Source: Schmidtea polychroa (taxonomy: Eukaryota). Taken from it: 64,000 nt of DNA. Shown piece by piece: positions 1-14,699 of this stretch (within the stretch, counting starts at the first letter, position 1; each line of letters starts with the position of its first letter). The stretch lies in the NCBI GenBank assembly GCA_044892525.1, contig CM097885.1, positions 23,622,001 through 23,686,000 of the forward strand, in the 5' to 3' direction. Position numbers and translations under genes: made by a program. Below the pieces are notes generated by a model. It was not told where the DNA came from. It ran no database searches and saw nothing but the letters and a program-made list of their open reading frames with translations.

Positions 1-3000
1 GAAATTTTCTTTTAGAAATATAGTCAAAACCCAGTTTGAATTAAATGAAATGCGGTCAGTTTTGTTAAACAAAAACTCTCAAACATTTTTAAATTAATAA
101 CAGAACAAAATCTTATTTAAAAATTTACAAGTGATTTTAATCTTGATGAATAATTGTTGTTATAAAATGAAGCATTTTTGCATCATAGGCAATTTTTGTT
201 TTATCAAAAAAAATATTTATAAATGTAATTTTTATAATTAAATAATTTTGTCTGAAATGAAAGAGCATTTTCTTTGAGGCAATGCAGGCAATGAATAAAA
301 GAATGGGCGTGTTTTTTATCAATGAGTATTCTGGGTATTCTACGAATAACAAAGTGANNNNNNNNNNNNNNNNNNNNNNNNNNNNNNNNNNNNNNNNNNN
401 NNNNNNNNNNNNNNNNNNNNNNNNNNNNNNNNNNNNNNNNNNNNNNNNNNNNNNNNNNNNNNNNNNNNNNNNNNNNNNNNNNNNNNNNNNNNNNNNNNNN
501 NNNNNNNNNNNNNNNNNNNNNNNNNNNNNNNNNNNNNNNNNNNNNNNNNNNNNNNNNNNNNNNNNNNNNNNNNNNNNNNNNNNNNNNNNNNNNNNNNNNN
601 NNNNNNNNNNNNNNNNNNNNGCTCTGTGAATACTCATGAAGGATAATTGTTAATTACCCTGAAATCGTAGAAATCTGTTCAGTAAAAAAATGGAAATAAG
701 TAAAATTGCAAACTCCGGAAAAGTAGCATAAACTAATTAATTAATTGATGAATATTTCCAATAATCTTATGTATTAATTGGCTGTTGTAATAAATCTATT
801 AATAGTATACGAATTAATTTTATAATTAATATGAGAAAGCTTAATGTTAAATCTCGATTGCCCAAAGCCTGATACCAAAATGATCATCTTTGTAATGATT
901 AGGAGTTATAGAATGAAAAAATTAGGCCAAATTTAATTTTTTTCAAATTTAAATTATTTCCTGTTGAAAATTTGCTTTCAAAAGTACCTGTTTTAAAATA
1001 TAACTAATTAAAAATAATATTAGTTAAAAGCATTATGTAAATCAAGTTCTTAAAGAGTATTAGAATGTATACTTGGTTATCAAAATGCTTTAATTAAATC
1101 ATTTTTAGTAAAATATTAAATGTAAAATATAAATATTTTGTTTAAATTATATTTAATTTTTAAATATTTATATTTTGAGAAAATTGGAACAATCAAAAAA
1201 TTACGTAAATTTTATTTTAAAGTTAACAAAATTTATTAATTAATAAAATTACATAAATTTCATACTTATTTATTTAGATTGTATTTTAAAATTATTTTTC
1301 TATAAAAAAAACTNNNNNNNNNNNNNNNNNNNNNNNNNNNNNNNNNNNNNNNNNNNNNNNNNNNNNNNNNNNNNNNNNNNNNNNNNNNNNNNNNNNNNNN
1401 NNNNNNNNNNNNNNNNNNNNNNNNNNNNNNNNNNNNNNNNNNNNNNNNNNNNNNNNNNNNNNNNNNNNNNNNNNNNNNNNNNNNNNNNNNNNNNNNNNNN
1501 NNNNNNNNNNNNNNNNNNNNNNNNNNNNNNNNNNNNNNNNNNNNNNNNNNNNNNNNNNNNNNNNNNNNNNCACTTGAAATCTTTAATTCTTTCCTAAAAA
1601 ATGATTTACTTAGTTTTTTTTATATATAATGATCTTTTTGTGGTTAAATATACAAAATAAACATTATAAAAATAGACATAACAATATGATTTATAAATTA
1701 AAACCTGAGACATATTATTTATATCTAAGATTCGTATATATTTAATTTGTGTTGCAGTTTGAAGTCTAGACGTTGTATTTGTTATGGCAGAAATGATTCT
1801 TACGAAGCATTCTCCCTCAACATTTCCACATCATTTGGAGAAAGATTACTGACATCCTTCATTACATTTCAAAAGTTGATTTATATAACAACATGAAAAT
1901 AATAATTAAAAACAATATTTATATTAATGTTATCGATTCAAACCAATTATAAATGTAGGTTTTTTTTCTTTTTATAGATGATTAATAAATAAAAAATGCC
2001 GTCTTATTAGGCTGAATAATTGTAAAATAATTAAAAACAAATTTAGTGAAAAATATATGAGTGAAAAATATTATCTTTGCAAATTGCTTTCGTTTTAATA
2101 GTCAAATAATTGATGTACATTATTATTTATGTTGTTTTAATGAGTGAAACAAAGTCTTCCCGTATTGTTCTATTTTATAGAAGAATGAAAAGATTGTTGC
2201 TGGGTGAAATTTTAATTCTTCAAAAACCGCCCCGGTAAATCGATCAATAAATATTTTATTGAGAGAAAATTCCCCATTAAATTAAAATTATCTCCCAACT
2301 CCTCTGAAATAGATATGTCTCCCCTTTTTTAATTTTCAAAAGCAGATGAATTTTAAATGAGTCCCAATTTGATATTGATTTAATAAGTTTTTAGAAGTTA
2401 AAATTTTATTTTAGACTTTTTAATAAATTAAGAGACATTTTATTTCATTGGGGACTTTTTTTCAGAATATATTAGGTTTTAATTAAAATATATTTCTATT
2501 TTTTATAAAGTCATAAATTAAGGTACAAATCAGTACAAACCATGGTAAAAATATATTGAAAAAAATGATTTTATATTTCATTTTTGTCTTTTTTTCTTTT
2601 TAAAACAGTTTTTTGTAATTTTATAAATAATTGTTTCTCGGTGAGGATATTACCATTATTTATTTGCATTTTATTGTAATAATTTTTGGAAATATTTTTT
2701 ATATCCATTTTTGAGGGAAATATATTTTTCGAATTTCATTCTTATAAAATAAACATAAGGATGTTTATAAGAGGAAAAATCAAAATTACCAGAAATTGGA
2801 TCAGCACAGATACAAAATTAGATAGAATCCAGTAACAGCAAGAACAAGCAAAAGACAAAAATACATCATTATTATAATATTTCATCTAACGTTGTCACTT
2901 GAGTTGTGTTGAATTATTATATTGAACAAACCAAAGCAAAAAAGGTGAAAAAGGAAATTTGAATTTCGATGAAAACCTTTGAGGAAATTTGAGTTGTTAT

Positions 3001-6000
3001 ATGTTACTGAAAAATCCCTGAAATTGTTCCTAAACTTTAAATAATTTAACAAACATTTGCATTAGAATGTCATGATATGTGTATCGACTGCTATCTGTAC
3101 CACATGTTGATATGACCTGGATAGCACATGTGAATTTTGCATATTTAGCAAGTCTATATATTTAATTATATATGGGTACACTCGTTTGCACGGAATAAAA
3201 ACTTTTATACTACAGATTGGTGTACAAATCTATGGATGACTCATGAGACGTCATCAATTATTTTCATTCAAATTATTAATTTTTAATAACTTTTAACTTA
3301 ATTTGGATGTTTTTAATATTATTAGTCATATATATTTATTTCAATTATCTATTTTGGACAAAATGGCGAATATTTATTAAAGAATATTTTAAGATTTTAT
3401 GTTGACATTATGTTGATATTATTTTATCTCTTCATCGCTTTATTTTCTCGACAACTCATATTTTCTTTAATTGAATTCAATAGTGTTTTGGCATTGAGTT
3501 CTTAATTTTTAACTGTCATTTCAAAATAATTAAATTTAGAAAAAGGTTTTATTCCATCAAACATGTACACATATCAAAAATTGAAATGCATTTTGTACTA
3601 CATGTTATGTTTGTGTGCTCAAATTATTTTTCTATATAGAAATTTTTATTCAATACACATGTAAGTTTGTGTGTTTCGATAATATATATTTATTGATTTT
3701 TTCTATATTATAGAAGTTTTTATTCCTTCTAAACTGGTATATAGTGCCTGATTTATTTATATAAGTTTAAATAACATGCCAACTCTCTGCAAATTATTCT
3801 GGATGGTTATTCATCACCAGCGCAAGGGTTTTTAAGTTAATATGATAATAAAAACAATAACTACAAAGAATTTAAATTATTAAAAGTATACAATTAATAT
3901 GGTGCTTTATAATGTCAATTGCACATTGGTGTATCTCATTTATTACATTTATATGAAATGGAAAATTAAGCTTAGTGTAAAAGCGTAACTATTGAAGGCA
4001 AAGGAATGAGGGTCTTCCAAATAGTTTATATCACAGATGCCGCAAAATACCTTTCAAAAGGTCGTTTTAATGACTTGCTTTGTTAATGTTTAAAAGAAGT
4101 TACACATAGTTAATTTACTTATTTACAATATATTTAAAATCTTAATGAATAAATTAATTCAATTCAATCAAAGTGATTAGTAATTATTTAAAGTAATGTT
4201 TCTTCAAAATTAAGCATCTTTAAATTTATTTTCTATCTTTTTTATATAAAGTTAATGTTTTAATTGGAGTAAGTTCGCATTAAATTTTATACTTTATATA
4301 TATATATATATATATCCTTTAATTTCATTATCTTTCGACAATTAAAACATTTTGATTCGATACAATATATTACACCGATATAGAAAAAATTATATATGAA
4401 ATAAATTACGGACAAAATAATATTTAGTCAAGTTACGACAATTTAATAAATTTTTTCCCGTTCCAACGACGGATTGACGGGAAGGAATATTTCTCTGGGA
4501 TTCTCGATAAAGCGTTTATGAAGTTTTTATTGCATTCCCGATTTTATTGATAGATAATTTTTGAGAATTTCAAGTTTTGTTCTCAGCTTTTTGTTTTTAC
4601 GTTGTGTTTTTTCTGCTATTTTTATAATGTTTAGTTTGTTTTAATTGATGGAATTCAAATTTTTAATTTCAATGTTTTTGTTATTAATTTTTTAATTTTA
4701 CGAAAATGTTTTCTTTATAGATTTTTTTAAAATGTTTTTGAAAGAAAAAAAATATTTGACATTAACTGGAAATGAAAATCAGATTGACAAATCTTGACAT
4801 AATTGAAAGAAATTTATTAAATTAAATTATTTTTAAATTGACTTTCGGTAGACGGCAAACAATTAAAATAGAATTTTAATAAGTCGAAGCCAAAATTGAT
4901 TTTGCACTTTTTTCTAATCGATTTTGACAGTTTTTTTGATTCCAAGTTCTAATTTTATGGAATAGAAAATTAGTTTTAATTATTATTGTTAGACTTTTTA
5001 AAAATAGATTTCTAATAATTATTCATTGTTTTAATTGTGTATAGTATGGAAAACTGATGAAAGAGGAGTGCTATAAAGGTCTTTAACAATGTGCATACCT
5101 GAAAAGCTTTTTTTCGATAAGTAATATTAATGTTTTTCTCTCGATGAGGATCTGATTTGAGAAAATCAGTCATCCGTGAAATTTTTGTAGCGATGAAAAA
5201 CGAATAACTGAAAAATAAAGGAAGTTCTTTTAATGAGTTTTATTTTAGTATTTGATACTTTTTCTGTTTCATTAAATTTACTGTTAAGTGTACATTTGAT
5301 AAAAACTGCCTATAATATTAAAAATATAATAAATAAATTATATTATAAGAAACATACATACTCACATGTGTTCTGGATTTTCATTATCAGTTACACTTGT
5401 CAATTTATTATAGGATTCAAGAAAAGGCAAAACATATGAATGAAACATTCAAACATAGTGCATTCAATTTCAATAATAAAACATACTTGGAAACAAGCGA
5501 TAAAATACACTACCTAAATATGGTACACTAATTTTTATAAAAAAATTTTTTTTGAATGAAGTTGGAAAACAATTTTGAGTCTTTTACTTGAAGTACGCTT
5601 TATTGTGAGAAAACGAAGAAAGAAATTCGTTAGTTTTAATTGTTTATTATTATTCACTTGGAAAAAGGCAGTGCCCGAAAATCGTGAGTATCAACAAACA
5701 TCGATATATTACTGATTTATAGGCTCTATTTTTAATTCAATGGATAAAATAATCAGTGGTGAAATTGGAAAAAATAAAAGTTCTTATAATAATAATATTA
5801 TTATTAGTTGTTAAAAAATCATTTACATCAAAATAAAAAGTATTTTACAAAATCGTTGATAAAATAGTAAATATCAGTCAATTGGGTTTATAAATTGTTT
5901 AATTTTGATAATTATCTGAAAAATTTAAAAATTAAAAATAACTTACAATTTCTTCTAATAATTTTGCCATTAAAATCCACATAAATAATTTTAAAGGCGA

Positions 6001-7901
6001 AAATTTCATAATATGTTATAAAAAAAATAATTACTCATTATATTAATCAATAATCTATAGTAAGTTGTCTTGAACTTATAAAAAATGATCAGAATTTAAA
6101 ATTAATTTTAAAAAATTCGATACAAATAAATTGAATTAAGAAACTAATTTGGAAATAAAGAAGGAATTGGAAATCTCTCAAAAAACTCTTTAACGAAACG
6201 ATGAAAATCATGAATGGATATGACATGCGTAAAAATTAACTTTGGCTAATCTGAAGTGTGAATGGAGGTTTCATACTTTTAATTTATTAATTGATCTTGT
6301 GAAGTTAATAGTTTTATAGTTTTGAAAGCTAAATAATTAGATTAAAACATATCATTCACATTAAACCATCTCAACACATTTTCTATTGGTGACTCGATTG
6401 GGTGCAACAATTTCCTTCTACAAACAATTGTAAAACATATATTATCAAGATATATATATATATATAATTATAATTTTTTTTGCAAATATTCTTTATTTTG
6501 TTAGCATAATTTCTATTTTCATAACAGTTAATTGTATAGATATTAGTTGTATTCCATTTCAATAATTAATGGAGGATTCAATGCTATAGCAGGAGTCTTT
6601 ATTCAATAATAAATGGGAAACCATCAGATTGAATAATTTATATTTTACTCCTGTTCCTCTTTCTTTGGAAAGTGCAAATAAAAATATTTTTCTGTTGAAA
6701 ACATTTGGAGATCAAATAAAACTCATTTGATAGAGAAATCATGTTTTATTCAACATTTCTCCTTATAATTATTACTATTACTCTTATTTAAAAAAAACCT
6801 CAGTCAAGAATCTTGCTAATAAATAATTTAATTGAAAACATTAAAATTAGCATAAAATTCGGACTAAAATACGCATATTTGTTTTTAAAATTATTTGGAA
6901 AAATAACGTTGCGAATGATTTATTAAATTATTTAATAAATGAGTTTTAGGAATATAGTGAAAACATTATTCGATTTAAAATAATTAATTGGAAAAAATTT
7001 TATTAATAATTAATTTGTCTTTGTATTATTAATTTTGTTTGCAACTGGTCAAATATATTAATTGATCAATTTATTGTTAAAATTCCCTCTATTATGATAC
7101 AGATGAAAAGGAGTCTCAAACATTTTCTGAGGATGAATAAAAGGGCATGTATGGAAAATAAGGATCTATATATATTTTATATTGTATTTCATAGCAGACC
7201 AATGGGTTATACAAAATCGTGGCTCTTATTTCGAATTTCACAGCTTTTCGTATTTGTTCCTGAGATTCTTTANNNNNNNNNNNNNNNNNNNNNNNNNNNN
7301 NNNNNNNNNNNNNNNNNNNNNNNNNNNNNNNNNNNNNNNNNNNNNNNNNNNNNNNNNNNNNNNNNNNNNNNNNNNNNNNNNNNNNNNNNNNNNNNNNNNN
7401 NNNNNNNNNNNNNNNNNNNNNNNNNNNNNNNNNNNNNNNNNNNNNNNNNNNNNNNNNNNNNNNNNNNNNNNNNNNNNNNNNNNNNNNNNNNNNNNNNNNN
7501 NNNNNNNNNNNNNNNAATAATGAAAATTCGCAAGAAAACATAAATTGAATTAATAAAATAGAAAACAATTCTAGGGATCATTATCCTTATATAATTTATG
7601 TTTATCTGCTTGCGTTGTAGCGATATGTAAGGAAGCTATTAGGATTTCCATAAATTTGGGCGTTGAAAATGGCCTGTATTAATTCATTGTTAATTGTTTC
7701 TGATGGATATTTTAGGAAATAATAATATAAATTATTGATTTTCATTCATTTCCCACTTGAATTATTTAAGATGGCAATTAAAATAATGGGGAAAATTTTT
7801 AAAAATTAAACAGAAAATTTTGACTCTCAGTTTGTTTAATTTTTGTTTACATGTAATCAAGATTTTGGGAAATATTATTAGTTTTCTTTTGTTATTTGTA
7901 G

Positions 7902-9013
7902 GGTGTCTGTCCAACATATGTTCGATTTGCAACTCCAGGCTCATATCTGCATGAAATGGACGGTGAAAGCGCTGATTCTGGAAAGGGAACGAGTGACCTT
8001 GATGTTGCACATCAATCTAGTATGAAAGGTATTTTTTTTAAACTATGAAATTAAAAACTGGTTAAAATTAATTACAATGAAATATTTGTGAAATTTAAAC
8101 AATTGTTAGTGTTATCTGCACAAAAATAATTTGTACTATTTTTCGATGATTATTATATGTTAGAAAATGTGATCAAAGTTTATATTTAATTTTATATGGA
8201 TTTGACACTGAAACAGCAATTGAAATAAATTTCAATAAATTAGTTGTTGATTGAATATTCATTGAAGGGGATTGTCATTTAATTAATGTGGTTAAAATAT
8301 TATAATGGTGGATCCTAATAATTACACATGTTTTACTTTTGCAACTTTTTTCTGTTTAATCATATTACTTTAACCCTTTATATTTATAAAAGTTGCACCA
8401 TATTTTCTGTCGTTTAATAATTAACTTATTGATAGTATTTATTATTTAAATTATTTTGTTATTTTAAAATTATTGTTTATAAAAAGGTATTTGTTAAGTT
8501 TTGTTTGAATACTGTTTATTTTTGGTGACTTGATTGTAAGAGAATAATTATATAAGGTAGATGTGAACTATTTGGGCAAGTACTTCTTCCTTGTAAAGAT
8601 AAAAATTTGTATTTGAAATATAGCAAACTTTAACTTTTCATGTACTTTTTGAAAAAACAATTAGCTTCCTCAAAAAAATATTTGAAATTGTAAAGTTTTT
8701 GTTATTGTTATTTGGTTCTTGATGAATGTTGTTCCACTAAATTTTATATAAGTTAATTCGGAATCATCCAAAGATTTGGATGTAAATGTTGTAATTAATA
8801 AAACTATTAATATTTATATAAAGTTGTGTTGTTAATGTTTACAAAAAAAAATTTGCGTTGTTTGATTTTAGGGAAATTTACCAAAGCCAGGCCCATTTTA
8901 AAGTTATTACAAAAATGTAGACAGTTGAAAATTACATTTATGCAATTACATTTATCTTCATTCTTTCAGGCTATAGATCAACGATAATCAAATATTATAC
9001 CGCAACACTTTGA
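7902..9013 (+). CDS. Two probable 3'-terminal exons (7902-8028 and 8970-9013) of an unidentified host gene
   Basis: ttatttgtag acceptor, then open frame GVCPTYVRFATPGSYLHEMDGESADSGKGTSDLDVAHQSSMK-G, phase-1 GT donor at 8029. Next acceptor ttctttcag at 8961-8969 continues in matching phase as (G)YRSTIIKYYTATL-stop. Product not recognised. Confidence 0.55.
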
Positions 9014-9461
9014 TGTAATACGATAAGCTTTGAAGTGCGCTGCCAGATTTTGCAAATGACTGCATAATTACCGATAAATATTAATGTTTTATAAATTTAA
9101 AATGAAATCATGTATTTCGAAATTGTTACCGAATAAAAAATTATAATAATTATTTTTATTTTTTAATATTATAATAAAATTGTGATTATATATAATAAAT
9201 CTATAAGACCACTCTTATTTACAGTAAAACTTCATTTCACACTTGGTGTGCTGACAAATTTGTAGATCATTAAAAATATTCTACGAAATAAAGTGTTTGA
9301 AAATTACAATATGATCTATAGTCTGAATGAATGAAGATAAATGGAAAATAAATGACAAATCAAAAGTGACGAAATTAAAAGATTGTCACTATTGAATGCT
9401 ATTGGTTGGTATCAGTATTTTAGGTGTTCATGAAATAATGAGAAATTTTATTTTCTTTTAA

Positions 9462-9716
9462 CCTTTTGAGACCGGGGAATTTCGTCAAATTTTTTTAATT
9501 TTAAATATCATTTTTATTTATTTTATAATTATTTGATCATTTAAAAATTCCTAAGTGAGTGGTATTCAAACAAACATTCAGAAACACACAATATAACATC
9601 ACAATCCTTGCATTCATACCTTGTGTCTTTATTTAAACTCAAACGTTTATATACGTTCCGAGGATTTAATGAAAGAGTCAAAAACGTATATATATACATC
9701 ACCCGGTCTCAAAGGA
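9462..9716. mobile_element. piggyBac-type MITE
   Basis: TTAA on both sides (9458-9461, 9717-9720). Ends CCTTTTGAGACCGGG and CCCGGTCTCAAAGGA are imperfect inverted repeats. Confidence 0.8.
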
Positions 9717-11919
9717 TTAATCATAAAAATAAACATTTACTGAATAATAGTGAAAATTAATTACCTCGTTGAAAATAATATTTTTAATAAATTAAATCAT
9801 ACCTCAAAATGAGATATGCAGTGGAATTTTTTGAGTGTATACTAGAAAATGGAGATTTTTATTACGACGAATTTCAATATTTCAACGATATATTTTTAAC
9901 TGTAATAGACTGGAACAGGCGACAATTATATTAGGGGAAAGATTTCATTTAAATTGAATGCAAAATACACATTATTAATGGAACCCCCCATTTGTTGATA
10001 AAATTTTTTGTTTATCTTTTGTCTTCATCAATTGTAGCACTTTAGAATTTGTAATGAATTCTTTATCAGGTGGATTAGAATATTGCAAAATGTGGTAGAT
10101 TGTTAAATATGGCCCGGGAATTATTACTAAATGAAATCTTTTTACTCACTATTTTACTTTAAATTAATTCGTTCCTTTTTTGTTAAGAAATAATCATTGT
10201 ATTTCGTACGACACTTGAATTAATTAAATTGGATTACATAATCACTGTTGGAAATGGGAAACTTGTCAGCTGTCTTACCTCTGATAGTAGAATAGCGGCT
10301 CCCTTGTAGAAACTTGGAGAACTTAAATTGTTTAAAGGCTTTTCAAGATAAATCCTATTAATAATGTATGATTCACGATCTTCACTAACTCCTCCCCCCC
10401 CCCCCATGTATTGAAACAATTATGAACTCCGTGAAATAGCACGATTCCATTAATTATTTATTAAATAATTTTCATTAAAAAAATCATTCATTGTTGTGTT
10501 ATATAATTTTTTCATTAATTTTCTATTTATGTACATTATGTATATATGAAATATTATGTATATGAAATTATGTATAAATTATTTTCTAAATTATTTATCA
10601 TTATAATTCTTAATTAGTTGAAGCGTTTTATCTAAATATAAAATATTTGTTCGTCGCTGATCTATACACACGTCAGAAAAGATTTATATTTTTNNNNNNN
10701 NNNNNNNNNNNNNNNNNNNNNNNNNNNNNNNNNNNNNNNNNNNNNNNNNNNNNNNNNNNNNNNNNNNNNNNNNNNNNNNNNNNNNNNNNNNNNNNNNNNN
10801 NNNNNNNNNNNNNNNNNNNNNNNNNNNNNNNNNNNNNNNNNNNNNNNNNNNNNNNNNNNNNNNNNNNNNNNNNNNNNNNNNNNNNNNNNNNNNNNNNNNN
10901 NNNNNNNNNNNNNNNNNNNNNNNNNNNNNNNNNNNNNNNNNNNNNNNNNNNNNNNNNNNNNNNNNNNNNNNNNNNNNNNNNNNNNNNNNNNNNNNNNNNN
11001 NNNNNNNNNNNNNNNNNNNNNNNNNNNNNNNNNNNNNNNNNNNNNNNNNNNNNNNNNNNNNNNTAAAAGTAATAAATTTTCAAAAATAATAGCGTGAGAA
11101 ATTTAATAATAACTCAAAAATTGTTTTTAATCTAAATCACATTTCACTCATAAAATCTAGATTTTGCGATAAGTGGTTTCTGTAATTTGTTGCTTTCGGT
11201 TGTTATTTATGTCGAGGGTGATCAATCACAATTAAAACAAAGAAAAGACAGGTTAAGAGGAAAAGAAAAGAAAAATTATAGTTTTCGTTTACGTAATTCC
11301 ATCAGAGATTCGAAGATAATATTGATAAATGTTGGCGATGTTTTCTTCATAATTTATGGGGCATAATTATTTATGTCCCCCTAGAAAATATATTGTCTAG
11401 CATTTCTCTATTGTAAAACAAACAATTTTTGTTATTTATCTTTTTTTATTTTGAATTTTTAACTAGCAATAATAATATTTTTTATTCATTTTAAATGTTT
11501 GACATTCCAATCCTTGAATGGAGCTTCTGTATCGTCTTGGGTGCGTGTATATTTTATCGGATTGTTATTATTCGTAAAGAAAATTATAATATTTTATGTA
11601 AATTTATTGTTTTATTATGGTGGGTAAACTATGAATGCACAGAATTGGGATTGATAATACATTATTTTATTGTATTTGAAATTAATGAAAATTAATGAAG
11701 ACATTCTCAATATATATGAAAGGAGAGTGAAGATGTTTGGAAATTTCAAATAAAAGACAGAAGCATATAATGAAATCAGACTTGGATATATCTCAGTTCG
11801 TGTGAAATGCTAACTGTGGAAGATATTTCAAACTTTATGTAAGGAAGAAGCTTTGTCCTAGAGAATACCAGAGTATCTCAATAATAGTTGAGTAGTAAAA
11901 AGACTCAATTGCCTCATAG

Positions 11920-12206
11920 CAGTGGCTTAGAAAGGCGGGTTAGGGGTTAAACCTTCCCATTGGATTTTTCATGTACAAATATTTGTCGACATCAAGTGCC
12001 TAAAAGATCATCCACCTAAATAAGAAAAAAACAAAAAATTCTTTTTTTTCCTTTATTTTGTTTACTGTAAATGTAATACTGTGACATCTGTCTGTGCTCT
12101 GTAGTCTGTACTCTTATTCTTCCACTCTTGAAATGATTGATCATAATATTAATAAATATTTCTCAACTCCAAACCCTCCCTTAATAAATTCCTGGTTACG
12201 CCACTG
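11920..12206. mobile_element. hAT-type MITE
   Basis: Ends CAGTGGCTTA / TACGCCACTG. Perfect 8-bp TSD CCTCATAG at 11912-11919 and 12207-12214. Confidence 0.9.
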
Positions 12207-13094
12207 CCTCATAGGAAATTGAAAATAATATAGAATTAATGGTATAGTATTAGCTCATCCCTTCCTTCTTTCAGTAATAAATTTGCAAGTCCAGAGTGTC
12301 ATCCTGATATTGAAGATACGCCACCAGTGTATAAACCAGCAAGATTCTTTTTCAATTTAAGGTTTTGAACGTTTTATCGCCAGTTGTACGACCATATGTT
12401 CTTCACAAAAATTAATATTTTAGTATTCAATATATTCAACAAAACCAATCAATGTAGCATTCGAACTCAGCATTTTCGAAAGGGAGCACTTAGATCGGTG
12501 TACTTTTGGTATCAAATGATTTTCATCATGTGAAGCAATGGGTCCAATTCTCAATATAACTTTATTGTTAGAAAAGACATATATGTCATGCTCTGGAAGA
12601 TATTGAATGTTCATCTATAATGGAGGGAAGATGGTATAATAAAATATGCTTTTAAAATGTTTTGAAATGTTTACAGATATTTTTTTGATGACCTCAGGTT
12701 TTTGTTTGAAAGATTCCAAAATCTTACCCTCAAAATCTTCATATTTAGAGTTGAAATGAATGAGATTTTGAACCACATTATCGTTGTACATGTAATTCAA
12801 ACCTTTTCTTAACATATATTTACATACCTTTCTTATTTTTTCGGTATATTTATTGTTTCCACAATTTGGGAAGCATTTGGCCCTACTACACATGTCAATT
12901 TATTTCTCAATTTTTCTGAATATATTAAAGACTTCACAACCATTGTTGAACCTTTCTGGATTATTTTGGAAGATTATAGAATGCGAGGAAAAATTATATG
13001 TCTTCTTATCATTTTGTTTGATATATAAACACAATAATAATATTGAAAAATTTAAAAACTGCATTAGTGCCATTAATTCAATTTTAAAATGATC

Positions 13095-13290
13095 GTATCG
13101 ACTAATTGTATGAATCAGTTGTATCGATCAGTTCTATCGATTAATTTTATCAATCAGTTGTATCGATTAATTAAATCGATCAGTTGTATTGATTAATTGT
13201 ATCGATCAGTTGTATCGTTCAATACTATCGATTAATTGTATCGATCAGTTGTATCGATTAATTGTGTCGATTAATTGTGTCGATTAATTG
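13095..13290. repeat. 13-bp minisatellite (TGTATCGATCAGT / TGTATCGATTAAT variants), about 15 units
   Basis: Directly visible tandem units with an ATCGAT core. Confidence 0.9.
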
Positions 13291-14392
13291 TTAATATTTG
13301 AAAGAGTATTTTCAATTATTGATGATAACCTTATCAGCAAAAGCTTCAGTGAAGTTGAATCCCTAGTATTTATACCAAAATGATAGGTCATTGAAAAAAT
13401 TGTATTCAAATGAAAAATATCATTATAAAAATAAAAAATAGTAAAAAATATTTACAAATATTTGAAATATCTCAACTCTTTTCAATCTACATCAAAAGCA
13501 ATTTTTTACTAAGTCATAAATATTAATTATTTAGAGATGGAAAAAATTCCAAATTTATTCCAAAATCCTAAAAATAATCTTTAGAAAAATAAAATCATAA
13601 ATTTCCTGTGATTCTGATACAGATGAAAAGATTAATATATAAAATATTAATTCAATTGATAATAAAGCACGATTAAAACAAAAGGTTTTATATTATTGGA
13701 AAGTGATTAAATCGATTGGGATTCAATATAAAAAGTAATGAGCATTTCATTTCAAACAAATTTCTCCCCATTTAGAATCGCAATGATTTCTTTCATCAAA
13801 TCTGAATTAATAGTTTTTTTAAATTCCCACTTTTACTTACTTCCGGAAAATTACAACGACATTAACAATGGGAAAAGATTATATGTGGAGAGTTTATTGT
13901 TTTATTAAATTAGACTGATTGGTTTTATATGTAGCATTCATGAATGGGAGTATTTGTTTTTCATTTTTCTATAATCTATGATTTATGGGATTTGTTACTC
14001 CCGTCATAGGAGAATATAATATACATTTACAATTTTAATTAATTTGAATAATTTTATTAATGAAATAGTTACAAATATCAAGTAAAACAAAGATTTTAAT
14101 TTTACAGAGACGTGGCTGTTAGAGCTGCTATGGAACATGATATTAACAACAATTTTAAATGCTGCAATTTCACACCTTTTTATACTGTAATAATGTTTGG
14201 TGAATTCCATTACGTTGGTTAAGGCTCTTCTTCCTTATGGATCTTCTTCCTTTCAATTTAATACATTATTTTTGATCAAAGTTAGCCCTTTTTTAGAACA
14301 AAGGGTGTTACTTAATTTGTCTCAGAAACGCAATTTTTTCGGTAAATTATTTTTTACATATCCCAAACAATTTGCGCGCCATTTGTTTATTT

Positions 14393-14405
14393 GTTGCCTA
14401 GCAAC
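14393..14405. promoter_or_regulatory. RFX X-box motif GTTGCCTAGCAAC
   Basis: Exact match to the RFX consensus GTNRCC-N(0-3)-RGYAAC, next to a locally CpG-rich patch (GCGCGCC) in AT-rich DNA. Function untested. Confidence 0.5.
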
Positions 14406-14699
14406 GACTTTTTTAGAAATTAAAACAAAAAATGCTTGATAATATTCTTAATCCCACTTCATTTTCTTCAATGTGTATTATATTTTATGACAAAAGGAGT
14501 ATTTATTTTATTTTCACTTCGGATATCGTTTGGAATTTTATTGTATAGAGACTTTTTTAATTGAAAATTGAATTTTTAAAATTTTTCATAACTCTTTTAA
14601 AAAAGAATTTGGTAGGCCTTCGGAGAAATTAAATTAGAAGTACGTTGCGCTTTTTTATGTTCAAGTTGAATAATTTAAAAAATTAAACTCGTAATATTT

